Source of the DNA: the human T2T-CHM13v2.0 reference genome, Homo sapiens
Length of the DNA stretch: 64,000 nt
Direction: 5' to 3' (one strand)
Assembly (NCBI RefSeq): GCF_009914755.1
Contig: NC_060936.1
In this document: piece by piece, positions 18,106-36,527 of the stretch
Numbering within the stretch: position 1 is the stretch's first letter
Layout of the letters: every line of letters starts with the position of its first letter
Notes under the pieces: model-generated
Databases searched by the model: none
Seen by the model: only the letters and a program-made list of their open reading frames with translations
What the model was told of the DNA's origin: nothing
Position numbers and translations under genes: made by a program

Positions 18106-20647
18106 ATCTCACTTATTATACCAAACTCTGGGAAGAATCCCAATCACGGGGCACCTAAGTGCAATAGGAGATGCCCAAAAGCATAGTAATATTGGTCAGG
18201 TAGTTTGCAGGGGTGAGTTCCAGAGAGAAAACCCCTAAGTATCTCTTGACGTACTTTTGTACGCAGCTTCCTGGAGTTCTGACATGCTCCTTGTGGGATG
18301 CAGAAGGCAGCTGATGGCTGCGAAGCAGTAGGCCTATCACAGGGATCCCTGTAGTGAGGGATAACTCTAGCTGGGGTTACAGCAGAGACTATAGGTGGAG
18401 TTGTAGAGTAACGGTAGAGGCCAAAGAAGGAACAGGAGTTAGGTGGGAAAGGGGAAATAGTATCAGGTGCTAGATATGCTGAGAAAACAGCCCATGGATT
18501 TCACCCACCGTGGACTTGCTAGAATGGATTTAGATAGGACAGATCAGAAGAAACTATTTGCAACTCAGAGAAGCAGAAGCCAGGGAAGAAATATAATTTG
18601 GAACTAAAGATCGCCTCCCCAGTATAAAGTTCTTATTGTGCCCAAATTTTATTTTGGAGAGGAGGAGAATCTTGAAAAGAGAAATTTTAATAAGAAATAG
18701 TTTGAACTGCAATATGAATTCTGCTGCAATGGACCATTGTAATCAGTGTGAATGGGGCAAGTCTAAAATTTCTTTTGTCATTAGGTGGGGGGAGGTTGGA
18801 AGTGAAGGAAGAACTCTGAGGTTACATCAATCACATGATTTCTTTAAAACTACATTTGTGTGCATGAATTGTAGTATATAATATTTGATCTTATTACACA
18901 TAGAAATGGCAAAAATCAGTGGTTATATGCTTTCAATATTTTTCTCAAGTAAAATCCACTATAATTTTTACCGGCTAAATTTATACTCATTTTATTAACA
19001 ATTTATTTGCACATCTGCCTGGGAAAAAGTCTGTTTCAAACAATGATAATCTGATGCAACTGTATCTCTTTTAGTTTCAGACCTACCCTCAAAACCCAGG
19101 AGAAGCCCGTCTCTTTTCAAAGGGCTTTCTTTTTTTTTTTTTTTCCTCAATCTGGGTGGCTAACTTTGATTTGTCTTTGGCACGATACTGTGGAGCTCAC
19201 AAGTAACTCTCATTAAGAGTTCTGCAAATGCTAATTGATAGATCAGCAAGTTTGGAGGGCTGCTTTTAACACATACAGTTTCTTTTGGAGTTTTGCGTCT
19301 TTTCTACCTCTTAAGAGTCAAGTCTATTTGACAGCCAACTAGAGAGTATTGAAGTAATTGCCCATAAAATGAGAGTCTCCTATCTACCCTCTTCTCAGCA
19401 CACTTGCCTAAAGAATCTGCCTACTGCCTTCACTCTTTGCTTCATTTGGTCTTTCAGTGGCTCGTTAGGTGTGGGCTCCTTTTGGCCAGGGCTACCCAGC
19501 TCTATTTCAGTTCCCTGTATGCCTGTTTGCCTTCGGAGGCAGTGACAAATTTGCTAGGTTGCGAGGTTTGCACTGGTCAATAAACCAGTCCAAAGTATCC
19601 AAGCAGTTTGTGGTTTGGAAATTCTTGAGCTCTTTTGGAGAAGATCGGTGATTTCCCATTGCCACTAGATGTCCCTGTGTGACTTTTCTTTTGGACATCA
19701 GTGCTGTACACGCGGCAAGTTATTTCTACTCTGCTGGATAGAAGGAAAGTGCTCCGCAGGCTCTGAAGAAGCAGTTTATAGCGGCATGTCACCCAAGCTA
19801 GGACTCGGCACAACTTAGACGTAGCACATGGATTTAGAGTGCAAGGGTATGGCAATGCCGAAAATTACTCAGACTGTGCAGAAATCAGGATTATCTCTAT
19901 AGAGGTCCTGGGATCTTTCCAACTTGCATCATTAAACTTTTCCTGCCTCCCAGCCTACTCTCAATACTGAGACCGAAGCTTCTAAAACAATCTGTCATGA
20001 AGAATTACGAGCTAGCTTTTAAAAAATAGTTTTTACTTCTGATCTTTTGCAGGCCAATGCCTGATGTTACTGTATATGACCAGTATGCCGCTCACTGTGT
20101 GAGTTTGCGAACACCCAATCTGTGTACAGTAGGCCCCCTTTGTCTCAGTTTTCCTTTCTGCAATTTCAGTTACCTATGGTCACTTGCAGTTCAAAAATAT
20201 TAAATGGAAATTTCCAGAAATAAGCAACTCGTAAGTTTTAAATTGTGTGCCACTCTAAGTAGAGTGATGAAATCTACTTCCAACTCCATCCGGCCTGGGA
20301 TGTGAATTATCTTTTTATCAAGCGTCTCTGCACAATATACACTGTCCACCCCGTCAGTCACTTAGCAGCCAGCTTGGTGATCAGATCGATTGTAGTGGCA
20401 TTGCAGTGTTTGTGTTCATGTATTTTACTTAATAATGGCCCCAAAGTCCAAGAGTAGTAATGCTGGCATATTATAATTGTTCTATTTTATTATTAGTTAC
20501 TAGTTATTGCTGTTAAATCTTTTACTGTGCCTAATTTGTAAATTAAACTTTACAAACTTTATAATCTTTATTTTATTGTGCCTAATTTATAAATTAAACT
20601 TTATCATAGTGCATGACATACATGTATAAATGGGAAAAAAAACAGCA

Positions 20648-21530
<883 letters not shown>

Positions 21531-21542
21531 TATACAGACATA

Positions 21543-21618
21543 TTAAGTTGGTGCAAAAGTAATTGCGGTTTTTGCCATAAAAGTGATGAGAAAAACCTCA
21601 ATTACTTTTGCACCAACC
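21543..21618. mobile_element. MADE1 (Hsmar1 MITE) lacking the last 3 nt of the right TIR
   Basis: TA-ttaagttggtgcaaaagtaattgcggttttt...aattacttttgcaccaacc. The terminal taa is absent. Confidence 0.9.
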
Positions 21619-21882
21619 ATGTTACTGTACTGAATACTGTAGGCAATTGTAACACAATGGTAAGTATTTGTGTACCTAAACATAGAAAAGGTACAGTGAA
21701 ATACAGTAGAAAACATTAAAAATGGTATACTTGTATAGGGCATTTATCACAAATGGAGCTTGCAGGATTGGAAGTTGCTGTGGGTGTCAGTGAGTGAGTG
21801 GGGAGTGAACGTGGAGGCCTAGGATATTACTTGTTTGCTTTTCTATGACTTGCAACCCAGTGGGTTGGTTTACACCAGCATC
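21619..21882 (-). repeat. Inverted duplicate of Tigger3 segment 20805-21358 (pre-Alu state)
   Basis: The reverse complement aligns colinearly with 20805-20971 plus 21260-21358. Confidence 0.9.
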
Positions 21883-22719
21883 GTCACGGAGCTGAAGGTG
21901 GCTCACACTAGCTGGCAGGGGCCAGTTGTTACCAGTAGGATTTGATACTATTGACAGTTTCAGGCATCAACTGGACTCTTGAAATATACACTTGCAGATA
22001 ACTGGTGTCTACCGTATTCCCTGTTTATTAAAACCAGTTAATTAACTATATGCTTGGTTGTCACAGCAATATCAGCTGGCTATAAGTGTCCTTTTAATGC
22101 TTACTCTCAATTTCTGTATTTATTTTGTGACACACTGGAAACACTTAGTGGAACCCTTCGAGCGACACTGGCCTAGGCATTATCACAGGCTGAGTTCTAC
22201 ATCCTTAAATTAAAACTAATGGACCTCGAGGAACTGGAGAGGCTTAAGGCAGCTTTAGGAGACTTGAGTGGAGACTCTTGTAATGTGGCAGGAGCTGTAC
22301 TCTGTCCTTCCAGAACTCCTGCTCTAGGCCAGGCCTGGACCTTCCACTGAGCAACTACACTGAATCTCAGATGAAGGCCACTTTAAAACAGAAAACCATG
22401 GATGATCCCAGGAAGCAACAGCAATAGAGAAGGAATGCTTCTTGAAGTTCAGCTTCTGAACCTTCTTGGGGAAATTAAGTTAATCTTGTAAAGTGCCACT
22501 TTGCGTATCTGAAGACAAATACAGGTGGCATAGGGATGGTAAATACCTTGCACTGGGATTCGTTTTAATAATTAGCCATAGTGACACCTAGGTGATAGAT
22601 AATGTGATGGCTTACCCAGCAACCAGCTCCAATTACAGAAATAACAGAAGGAAATTTTAGCTTCACAAACTGAAAAGAAATAGTTTGTTTACTCGATGCA
22701 TCAACAGTTTGTATCTCAA

Positions 22720-23400
22720 CAGTCATTTATTGAGCCAGTTATTTGTAATGCAAGAGCACAACTTGCCTAAAAATAATGTTGAGAATAGTGGTTAAGTGTC
22801 CTGTTTTGCTTATAGAAGACCATTTAAACCAGACTGTAGTTGAACTAAAATAAGTAAGGTCTCTTTTTGTCTTTTTTGTGATTCCATGGGTCGGGTCAAA
22901 TTGACGGCACGGAACATTGCTTACTCCTGAAATTCCAAACTCTTGAAATTTCAATTTAAAATATTGGGTTTTCCCTGCCCTTCTTAGGATAGCCAGTAGA
23001 AAAATGGGGTTTCCCTGGATTTCCTTGGTCTGGTAGGTGCAGCAATATGACATGAGTACCTCATAGGAGGGACTACAGAGAAGCAAGGATTCCAGATGGA
23101 GGGAGAGTTTGGAATGTGAAAGAAGGGTGTTATTAGCTGATGCTGACTCATTGAGGTTTGAAGTATGAACACGTGTTTAGTGAGCAATATTGGAGTTTTC
23201 ATAGTAAGAGCTTGCAGAGGTGGCTGGGAGTGAGGCATGAGATCTCTCGGTAGAGGCAAAATAGAGTGATGAGAGCCAGAAGCACTGGATCAGGTGCTCC
23301 CAAGGGGAAGTTGTAATGAAGAGTGAGGCAGGATTGCGTAAGCAGAAAAAGAGAAAAAGAGAGCAATGCTCTTGTGAAAAGGGAGTTGAAGTGCAATACA
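22720..23400 (-). mobile_element. Ancient L2 LINE (3' end plus RT remnant)
   Basis: catttattgagc 3' end. Minus-strand translation GAPDPVLLALITLFCLY resembles the RT motif GVPQGSVLGPLLFSLY. Confidence 0.55.
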
Positions 23401-23760
23401 GACTGCAGCTCCATCCGTCAGAGGGTTGAAATTTCACACACGAAGGCTCATTTTGATATGTTCACATTTATGTGGCAAGCGCTCCAAAAGGGAGGCCCTA
23501 AATACATCTTGTCAGAATAACTCCAGCAAAGACTGACATTTACACATTTCTCTGGTTAGGAAATGTAATAGAGGCAGGGGCATATACAGGTTTTATGGGG
23601 CCTAAACCTTACGTAATTTGAGGGCACCTCAGGGGAAAAAAAAAAAGAACAATTTAAAATATTAAACTGGGTAGAGAATTTTTTAAAAAAATTGTCCACT
23701 TTAGAAAGCTAACACATGCTACAAATTATAGAAAAAAACAGTATTTGTTTAAACTCTAAA

Positions 23761-25628
23761 CATATGCATATTTGCTATATAGGCAAACTCATGTCTTGGG
23801 GGTTTGTTGTCCAGATTATTTTGTCACCCAGGCACTAAGCCTAGTATCCAATAGTTATTCTTTTCTGCTCCTCTCCCTCCTGCCACCCTCCACCCTCAAG
23901 TAGGCCCCAGTGTCTGTCGTTCCCTTCTTTGTGTCCATGTGTTCTCATCATTTAGCTTCCACTTATAAGTGAGGATATGCAGTATTTGGTTTTCTGTTTC
24001 TGTGCTAGTTTGCTAAGAATAATAGCTTCCAGCTCCATCCATGTTCCAATAAAAGACACAATCTTGTTCTTATTCCTTTTTATGGCTACATAATGTACAT
24101 CATTCCATGGTGTATATGTACACATTTTCTTTATCCAGTCTGTCATTGATGAGCATTTAGGTTGATTCCCTGTCATTGCTATTGTAAAGAGTGCTGCAAT
24201 GAACATTCACATGTATGTCTTTATAGTAGAATTATTTGTATTGTTCTGGGTATAGACCCAGTAATAGGATTGCTGGGTCAAATGGTATTTCTGTTTTTAG
24301 CTCTTTGAGGAAGCGCCACACTTCTTTCCACAATGGTTGAATTTATTTACACTCCCACCAAGAGTGCATAAGTGTTCGCTTTTCTCCACAACCTCTCCAG
24401 CATCTTTTATTTTTTGACTTTTTAGTAATAGCCATTATGACAGGTGTGAGGTGAAATCTCATTGTGGTTTTGATTTGCATTTCTCTAATGATCAGTGATA
24501 TTGAACTTTTTTCATATGCTTGTTGGCCAGATGTATGTCTTCTTTTGGAAAATGTCTATGTCCTTTGCCCACTTCTTTTTTTTTTTTTCAATTTTACTTC
24601 AAGTTTTGGGATACATGTGCAGAACGAGCAGGTTTGTTATGTAGGTATACATGTACCACGGTGGTTTGCTGCAGCTATCAACCCATCATCTAGGTTTTAA
24701 GCCCCACATACATTATTTATTTGTCCTAATGCTCTCCCTCCCCTTTCCCTTTCCCCCCACCCCCCGACAGGCCCTGGTGTGTGATATTCCCCTCCCTGTG
24801 TCCATGTGTTCTCATTGTTCAACTCCCACTTTTGAGTGAGAACATGCAGTGTTTGGTTTTCTGTTCCTGTGTTAGTTTGCTGAGAATGATGATTTCCAGC
24901 TTCACCCATGTTCCTGCAAAGGACTTGAACTCATTTTTTATGGCTGCATAGTATTCCATAGTGTATATGTGACACATTTTCTTTATCCAGTGTATTATTG
25001 ATGCCTTTGCCCACTTCTTAATGGGGTTGTCTGTTTTTCTCTTGTAAATTTAAGTTACTTATAGATGCTGGATATTAGACCTTTGTCAGATGCATAGTTT
25101 GCAAATATTTTCTCCCATTCTGCACATTGTCTGTTTACTCAGTTGATAGTTTATTTTGCTGTGCAGAAGCTCTTAAGTTTAATTAGATCCAATTTGTCAA
25201 TTTTTGCTTTTGTTGCAATTGCTTTTGGCATCTTCATCATGAAATTTTTGCTCATTCCTGTGTCCAGAAAGGTATTGCCTAGGTTGTCTTCCAAAGTTCT
25301 CATAGTTTTGGGTTTTACATTTAAGTGTTTAATCCATCTTGAGTTGATTTTTGTATGTGGCATGAGGAAGGGGTCCAGTTTCAATCTTTTTTATATGGAT
25401 AGCCAGTTATCTTAGCCCCATTTACCAAATAGGGAGTTATTTCCCATTGCTAGTTTTTGTCAGCTTTGTCAAAGACCAAATGGTTGTAGGTGTGTGGCCT
25501 TTTTTCTGGGCTCTCTATTCTGTTCCATTGGTCTATGTGTCTCTTTTTGTACCATTACCATGCTGTTTTGATTACTGTAGCCCTGTAATATCATTTGAAG
25601 TCGGGTGATGTGAAGCTTCCAGCTTTGA
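23761..25628 (-). mobile_element. L1PA15/16-like 3' fragment
   Basis: ORF2 C-terminal remnants ([18 protein letters not shown]) and L1PA15/16-type 3'UTR. No poly(A) or TSD seen. Confidence 0.85.
24578..25003 (-). mobile_element. Younger L1PA8-10-like 3' end nested in the older L1
   Basis: Poly(T) tail and exact 16-bp TSD cctttgcccacttctt at 24562-24577 and 25004-25019. Confidence 0.9.
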
Positions 25629-26149
25629 AGAGCAATATTTTTACTTGTCAATCTTATCTCTAGAATTCTTTTTTGCGTATTTGCATTGCATCTTCTTTGA
25701 TTGCCTCTTCACATGACGATGATTGTGTAATTTGATTTCCTATAGTAAGAACAAGATAATTCTTTCCACTAGCCTCTAGCATGGTTAATTTCATTGGCAC
25801 TCTCAGAAAGTTTCGTTTTATTACTTTCTCAGTAATATCATGCAAACTTTTAGGACTGTTGACAAATTTAGAAAGATTTCTATCAAATTTCTTTATCTGT
25901 AAACTTTCTGGAAGAATGTTCCCCAGGCTAACTGGTAGTTCCATACATTTCAGTTTCATTTTTCTCCCAGTATGTACATAGTTTGAATGCCTGACACAAT
26001 AATATATGTTCAAGTCATAATCTCAACTCCAGTCCTTCACTTTTGTTCCAGAAATAAGAAAAACAGATATTGCTTATAGTCTTATAGTCATTTTGGGATA
26101 TGGCTTTATAGTCTTCTAGTCATTTTGGAATACGGCCAAGTTATTTTCC

Positions 26150-26385
26150 TGTCTCTATATCTCTGTATGTCTCTATATCTATCTAGATATATACAGAGAT
26201 ATATCTATCTGGATATATACAAAGATATATCTGTATACATATGATAGATATATAGATAGATTGAAATATACATTTTTGTATATATATAACTGTCTATATC
26301 TATTATATAATTACTTGTATCTGTATCTATCTAGAGGGACCTAGAGAGATAGTAGGTAGATAGGTATAGACATTTATCTATATCC
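26150..26385. repeat. (TA)/(GATA)-rich low-complexity tract
   Basis: Degenerate tatatc/gata repeats. Confidence 0.8.
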
Positions 26386-27795
26386 CACTAAAACACCTTA
26401 GAAATGCACTCCTAGCTCAAGTTCCCCTTAACCATATATAGAAAATGCTCTTGGCCATTCTAATGTCACCCATCATGAGTTGAAGTTTTATAAGGGGGAA
26501 GTTAAAATGAAAATAGACAGTGGTCTTAACTCTTTCCTGTTTTTAGTTTTGTAAATTGTTTAGAGACATATGACCACATAAACACATTGCCAGAGCCCCT
26601 GCCAGGCCTTTGGAAGATGCCTGTGCAAATAAGGGGGCCCTGATATTTTTGCTTCCTTAGCTTCACAGTAAATCTGTGAATGGTGACAGTGGTAGGAGAG
26701 TTTTCCCCAAAAATGTCAAGAATAGAGAAACCTACCCTGTCATATGAAAGAGAAGCAGCTTTAGCTTCCTGCAGTTTCCTTCCTCATTTCCAAAAGAGTA
26801 AAGTGAAAGAGGAGGTTATGGGAGGAATAGCCACACTCTCAGAGCCTTTCAGGGCAGGCAAAACCTGCAACGAGAGGCTGCTCACACAACAGCAGTGAGT
26901 CTGGGATCACTGCCACTGTGGTGACAGTAGTAGCAGCAAAGGTGCAAGGGAAAAACCACAGATTTGGAACATTGTTTCATCAAACTCAAGGCCTAGAGAA
27001 ACAGCAGGTAACAGAGTTGATGGATGTAATTAAAACGGTTATAAACCTTTGATGCCCTCTGATCTTGAGGGACATGGGTTTGAGGAAAGAAAGTACACTG
27101 TGATTCCAGATATTATTCTAACAGTGCACTAAGCCTGTTGCGCTCATTATGTTACCCACACTATTTTGATTTTCCTTCCTTAGACCTGTGGCCCAGAGAT
27201 ATCTGCTACACTTCAACACCAGGAATGTATTTAAACTACCAGGATACTGTATCAGTTAAACTCCATTCAAACCCAATCTGAATCAAATGGTATAGTCTTT
27301 TATTGTCATTTTGTTTAGTAATCTACTATATTGCTAGACCACAATTTCTTTATCCAGTTTATGAACATTTAGGCTGCTTCTAGTTTTTGCTATTATAAAT
27401 AATGCTGGCACGAACATTCAGGTACATGTGTCCTTATGCTAACATAAAATCTATTCTCTGGACTATATGGCCTAACTACTGGACTGTAGAATATGCACAT
27501 TTCCAATTACGCTAGGTAATTACAAACTATTTTCCAAAGTGATGGCATTAAAGAACACTTCCACAGAAGTGTGAGAGTTCCTGTTGCTCCGTATCTTTAT
27601 CAACACTTGATGCTGTTAGAACTTTTCATATTTCTCAAATTAGTGAATGATTAATAGTATCCCATTGTAGTTTTAATTAATTTATTTTTTTATTGTGGCA
27701 AGTATCTTTTCTTTTTTTTCTGCCATTGGAGTTTTGCCTTTTGGAAATGTTCATTTAGTTTGTTTGCCAATTTTTTCTATTTAGTTATTAATCAT

Positions 27796-27945
27796 TTTCT
27801 TTCTTTCTTTCTCTTTCTTTTTCTTTCTCTCTCTTTCTTTCTTTCTTTCTCACTCTCTTCCTCCCTCCCTCCCTCTCTCTTTCTTTCTCACTCTTCCTCC
27901 CTCCCTTTCTTTCTTTCTTCCTTTCTTTCTTTCTCTCTCTCTCTT

Positions 27946-27992
<47 letters not shown>

Positions 27993-28025
27993 TCTCTCTC
28001 TCTCTCTTTTTTCTTTTCTTTTCTT
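27796..28025. repeat. (CTTT)n/(CT)n polypyrimidine tract (expanded Alu tail)
   Basis: About 230 bp of almost pure C/T directly abutting the Alu 3' end. Confidence 0.95.
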
Positions 28026-28320
<295 letters not shown>

Positions 28321-28833
28321 TGATTTTCTTATGGATTCATAGTTTTTTTTATATACTGAAAACTAGCCCCTATCAATTTTATGTATAGCAAATATATTCT
28401 CTCAATGGACAGCTTGTTTTTTCACATGCTTTACAATTTTTTTGATAAGGTTTTCATTTTAATGTAATTAATTTTAATATATTTTATATTTGGGTTGGTG
28501 CTTTCTGAATAAATTTTATAATACTCCTAGTTTATAACAATATTTACATTAATTTCTAAAGTATTTATAATTTTATTTTTCACATATAGGTCATAATGCT
28601 GGGGAAGGATTTTTTATATATATATTAGAAGGTAGGGATCCAATTTTCTCATCACCATTTATTTAAAAGTCCATTATTTTTCACTTAGTTGCAATAAACC
28701 TCTGCCATATGTGAAGTATCCATATATGTCCGTGTACTTTTCTGACCTCTCTACATTTAGTTACATTGATCTATGCGTTAACCCAGCATAGTAATGCAGT
28801 ATCTTAATTAAAATAGCTATATGATAAGTCTTC

Positions 28834-29197
28834 TTTTAAAAAAATTTATTTCCATAGGTTTTTGGGGAACAGGTGGTATTTGGTTACATGAGTAAGTTCT
28901 TTAGTGGTGATTTGTGAGATTTTGGTGTACCCATCACCTGAGCAGTATACACTGAACCCAATTTGTAGTCTTTTATCACTCAACCCCCTCCCCCACTTCC
29001 CCCAAGTCCCCAAAGTCCATTGTATCATTTTTATGACTTTGAATCCCCACAGCTTAGCTTCTACTTATGAGTGAGAACATAAAATATTTGGTTTTCCATT
29101 CCCGAGTTACTTCACTTAGAATAATAGTCTCCAGTTCCATCTAGGTTTCTGTGAATGCCATTAATTTGTTCCTTTAATGGCTGAGTAGTATTCCATC

Positions 29198-29246
<49 letters not shown>

Positions 29247-31140
29247 ACAATTTCTTTATTCAGTCAGTAATTGATGAGCATCTGGGCTGGTTACATATTT
29301 TTGGACTTGAGAATTGTGCTGCTATAAACATGTACATGCAAGTATCTTTTTTCATATAATTACTTCTTTTCCTCTGCGTAGACACCCAGTAGTGGAACTG
29401 CTAGATCAAATGGTAGTTCTACTTTTAGTTCTTTAAGGAATCTCCACACTGTTTTCCATAGTGTTTGTACTAGTTTATATTCCCACCCACAGTGTAGAAA
29501 TGTTCCCTTTTCACTGCATCCACGCCAACATCTATTATTTTTTTTATTATGGCCATTCTTGCAGGAGTAAGGTGGTATTGCGTTGTGGTTTTGATTTGCA
29601 TTTCCCTGATCATCTCAATAGATGCAGAAAAAGCATTTGACAAAAATCCAGCATCCCTCTATGATTAAAACCCTCAGCAAAATTGGCATACAAGGAACAT
29701 ACCTCAATGTAGTAAAAGTCATCTATGACAAACCCACAGCTAACATAATGCTGAATGGGGAAAAGTTGAAAGCATTCCCTCTGAGAACTGGAACAAGTCA
29801 AAGATGCCCACTCTCAACACTTCTATTCAATGTATTACTGGAAGTCTTAGTCAGAACAATGAGACAAGAGAAAGAAATAAAGGGTATCCAAATCGGTAAA
29901 GAGGAAGTCAAACTGTAGCTGTTTGCTGATGATATGATTGTATACCTAGAAAATCCTAAAGACTCCTCCAAACAGCTCCTAGAACTAATACACAAATTCA
30001 GCAAAGTTTCAGGACACAAAATTAATATACATAAATCAGTAACTCTTCTACACACCAACAGCAACCAAGCTGAGATCAAATAAAGAACTCAACTCCTCTT
30101 AAAATAGCTGCAAAAAAATAAAAAATACTTAGGAATATATCTAAGCAAGGAACTGAAAGACCTCTCCAAGGAAAACTACAAAACAATGCTGAAAGAATTC
30201 ATAGCTAACACAAACAAATGGAAATACATCCCATGTTCTTGAATGGGTAGAATCAGTATTGTGAAAACGACCATACTGCCAAAAGCAGTCTACAAATTCA
30301 ATGCAATTCCCATCAAAATACCACCATTATTCTTCACAGAACTAGAAAAAAAATCCTAAAATTAATAGGATTAATTAATTTTAGCCAAAGCAAGACTAAG
30401 CAAAAAGAACAAATCTAGAGGCATCACATTACCTGATTTCAAACTATACTATAAGGCCATAGTCACCAAAACAGCATGGTATTGGTATAAAAATAGACAC
30501 ATACACCAATGGAACGGAACAGAAAACCCACCAGTAAACCCAAATACTTAAAGCCAACTGCTCTTTGACAAAAGAAACAAAAACATAAAGTGGGGAAAGG
30601 ACATCCTATTCAGCAAATGGTGCTGGGATAATTGGCAAGCCACATGTAGGAGAATGAAAATGGATCCTCATCTCTCACCTTACAGAAAAATCAACTCAAG
30701 ATGGATCAAGGACCTAAATCTAAGACCTGAAAGTATAAAAATTTTTGAAGATAACATCGGGAAAACCCCTTTAGACATTGGCTTAGGCAAACACTTTATG
30801 ACCAAGAACCCAAAAGCAAATGCAACACGCGAAGATAAATAGGTGGGACTTAATTAAACTAAAGAACTTCTGCACAGCTAAAGGAACAGTCAGCAGAGTA
30901 AACAGACAACACAGAGGGTGGGAGAAAACCTTTACAATCTATCCATCCAACAAAGAACTAATATCCAGAGACTACAAGGAACTCAAACAAAATAGCAAAA
31001 AAAAACAAACAACAAAGAGTCCCATCAAAAAGTGGGCTAAGGACATGAATAGACAATTCTCAATAAAAGATACACGAATGGCCAACAAACATCTGAAAAA
31101 ATGCTCAACATCACTAATGATCAGTAATGATCAGGGAAAT
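28834..31140 (-). mobile_element. L1PB1-like element with 5' inversion (twin priming)
   Basis: 28834-29613 is the antisense 3' end; 29607-31140 is sense ORF2. The two segments meet at the same L1 position (atgatcagggaaatg). Confidence 0.85.
29199..29245. repeat. (TA)n(CA)n compound microsatellite
   Basis: Direct reading. Confidence 0.9.
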
Positions 31141-31512
31141 GTCTTTATATATATTTGGGCATTTTCCTTTACCCTGAACTTCTTAATCAATAGTATCTTT
31201 TTTTTTTTTTTTTGGTATTGCTGTATATATTTAAGTGTCAAGTAAAATATTTAATATAAATTTAATAATAAATATTTAATATATATTTTAGTGTCAACTA
31301 AACTAAATATGTATATATTTAGTTCCAAACATACACACTCATTAAGATTTTGATTAGGATTACAATAAATATAAATAGGTCAATATCTTTACATGCTGAG
31401 TCTTCTAATTCATGATCACAATTATTTCTCCATTTACTTACATGTGCACTGACATCTTTCACATATATTTTACTTTTCTTATAGAGTTTTTTTTCCATTC
31501 TTGGTTAGATTT

Positions 31513-35932
<4,420 letters not shown>

Positions 35933-36421
35933 ATTCTTGGTTAGATTTATAATAAGCTACTAACACTTCTTATGCTACCATAAATTGTATAGTACCATTT
36001 TCTTTTTTTTCTGTTTATTGTTGTGTTATATAAGTGCAGTTGAGTTTTATGTATCACTTTGTATTTAGAAAAGTTGCTTATGTCCCTTATTAATACAATA
36101 GATTCTTTTGTTTTTCCATTTACTTTCACCTTCTCAGCTTTTTCTTGACTAGTCTAACCAGATATTTGTATTTTTCTTGTTCAGTCTTTTAAAAACCCAA
36201 CTTTCACTTGTATTGATCTCCTTCATTATATAGGTGTTCTTCATATTATTAATTTCCACTGTTTGCCGCATTATGTCCTTTCTTCTTTATAGAAAGAAGT
36301 ATTGTGGGATTTATTTTCTACTTTTTAATATATATTTAAAAATAAAAGTAAAAATAAAATACATTTAATATATTCTCTACTCTATATATTTATTATTATT
36401 AAATAAATTATCTAGTAATTA

Positions 36422-36527
36422 GACTTAATCATTTTTATCCTTTCAACTTAATCATTTTTATCCTTTAAACTTTGACTTGATATAATCATTTTTATCCTTG
36501 ACTTAATCATTTTTAGCCTTTCAACTT
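36422..36527. repeat. ~21-24-bp tandem repeat, 4 imperfect copies
   Basis: Core taatcatttttatcctt repeated. Confidence 0.9.

Larger units (their letters stand above)
23575..26680 (-). mobile_element. Zaphod/MER115-like hAT-Tip100 transposon interrupted by L1
   Basis: Ends caggggcatatacaggttttatggggcct and gcttcacagtaaatctg. Region 25660-26013 translates to a hAT C-terminal dimerisation-like remnant (TMLEASGKNYLVLTIGNQITQSSSCEEAIKE). Confidence 0.65.

Noticed and set aside
36422-36527. CRISPR-like repeat array
   Set aside because: Eukaryotic context, no unique constant-length spacers, no cas genes. It is a simple tandem repeat.
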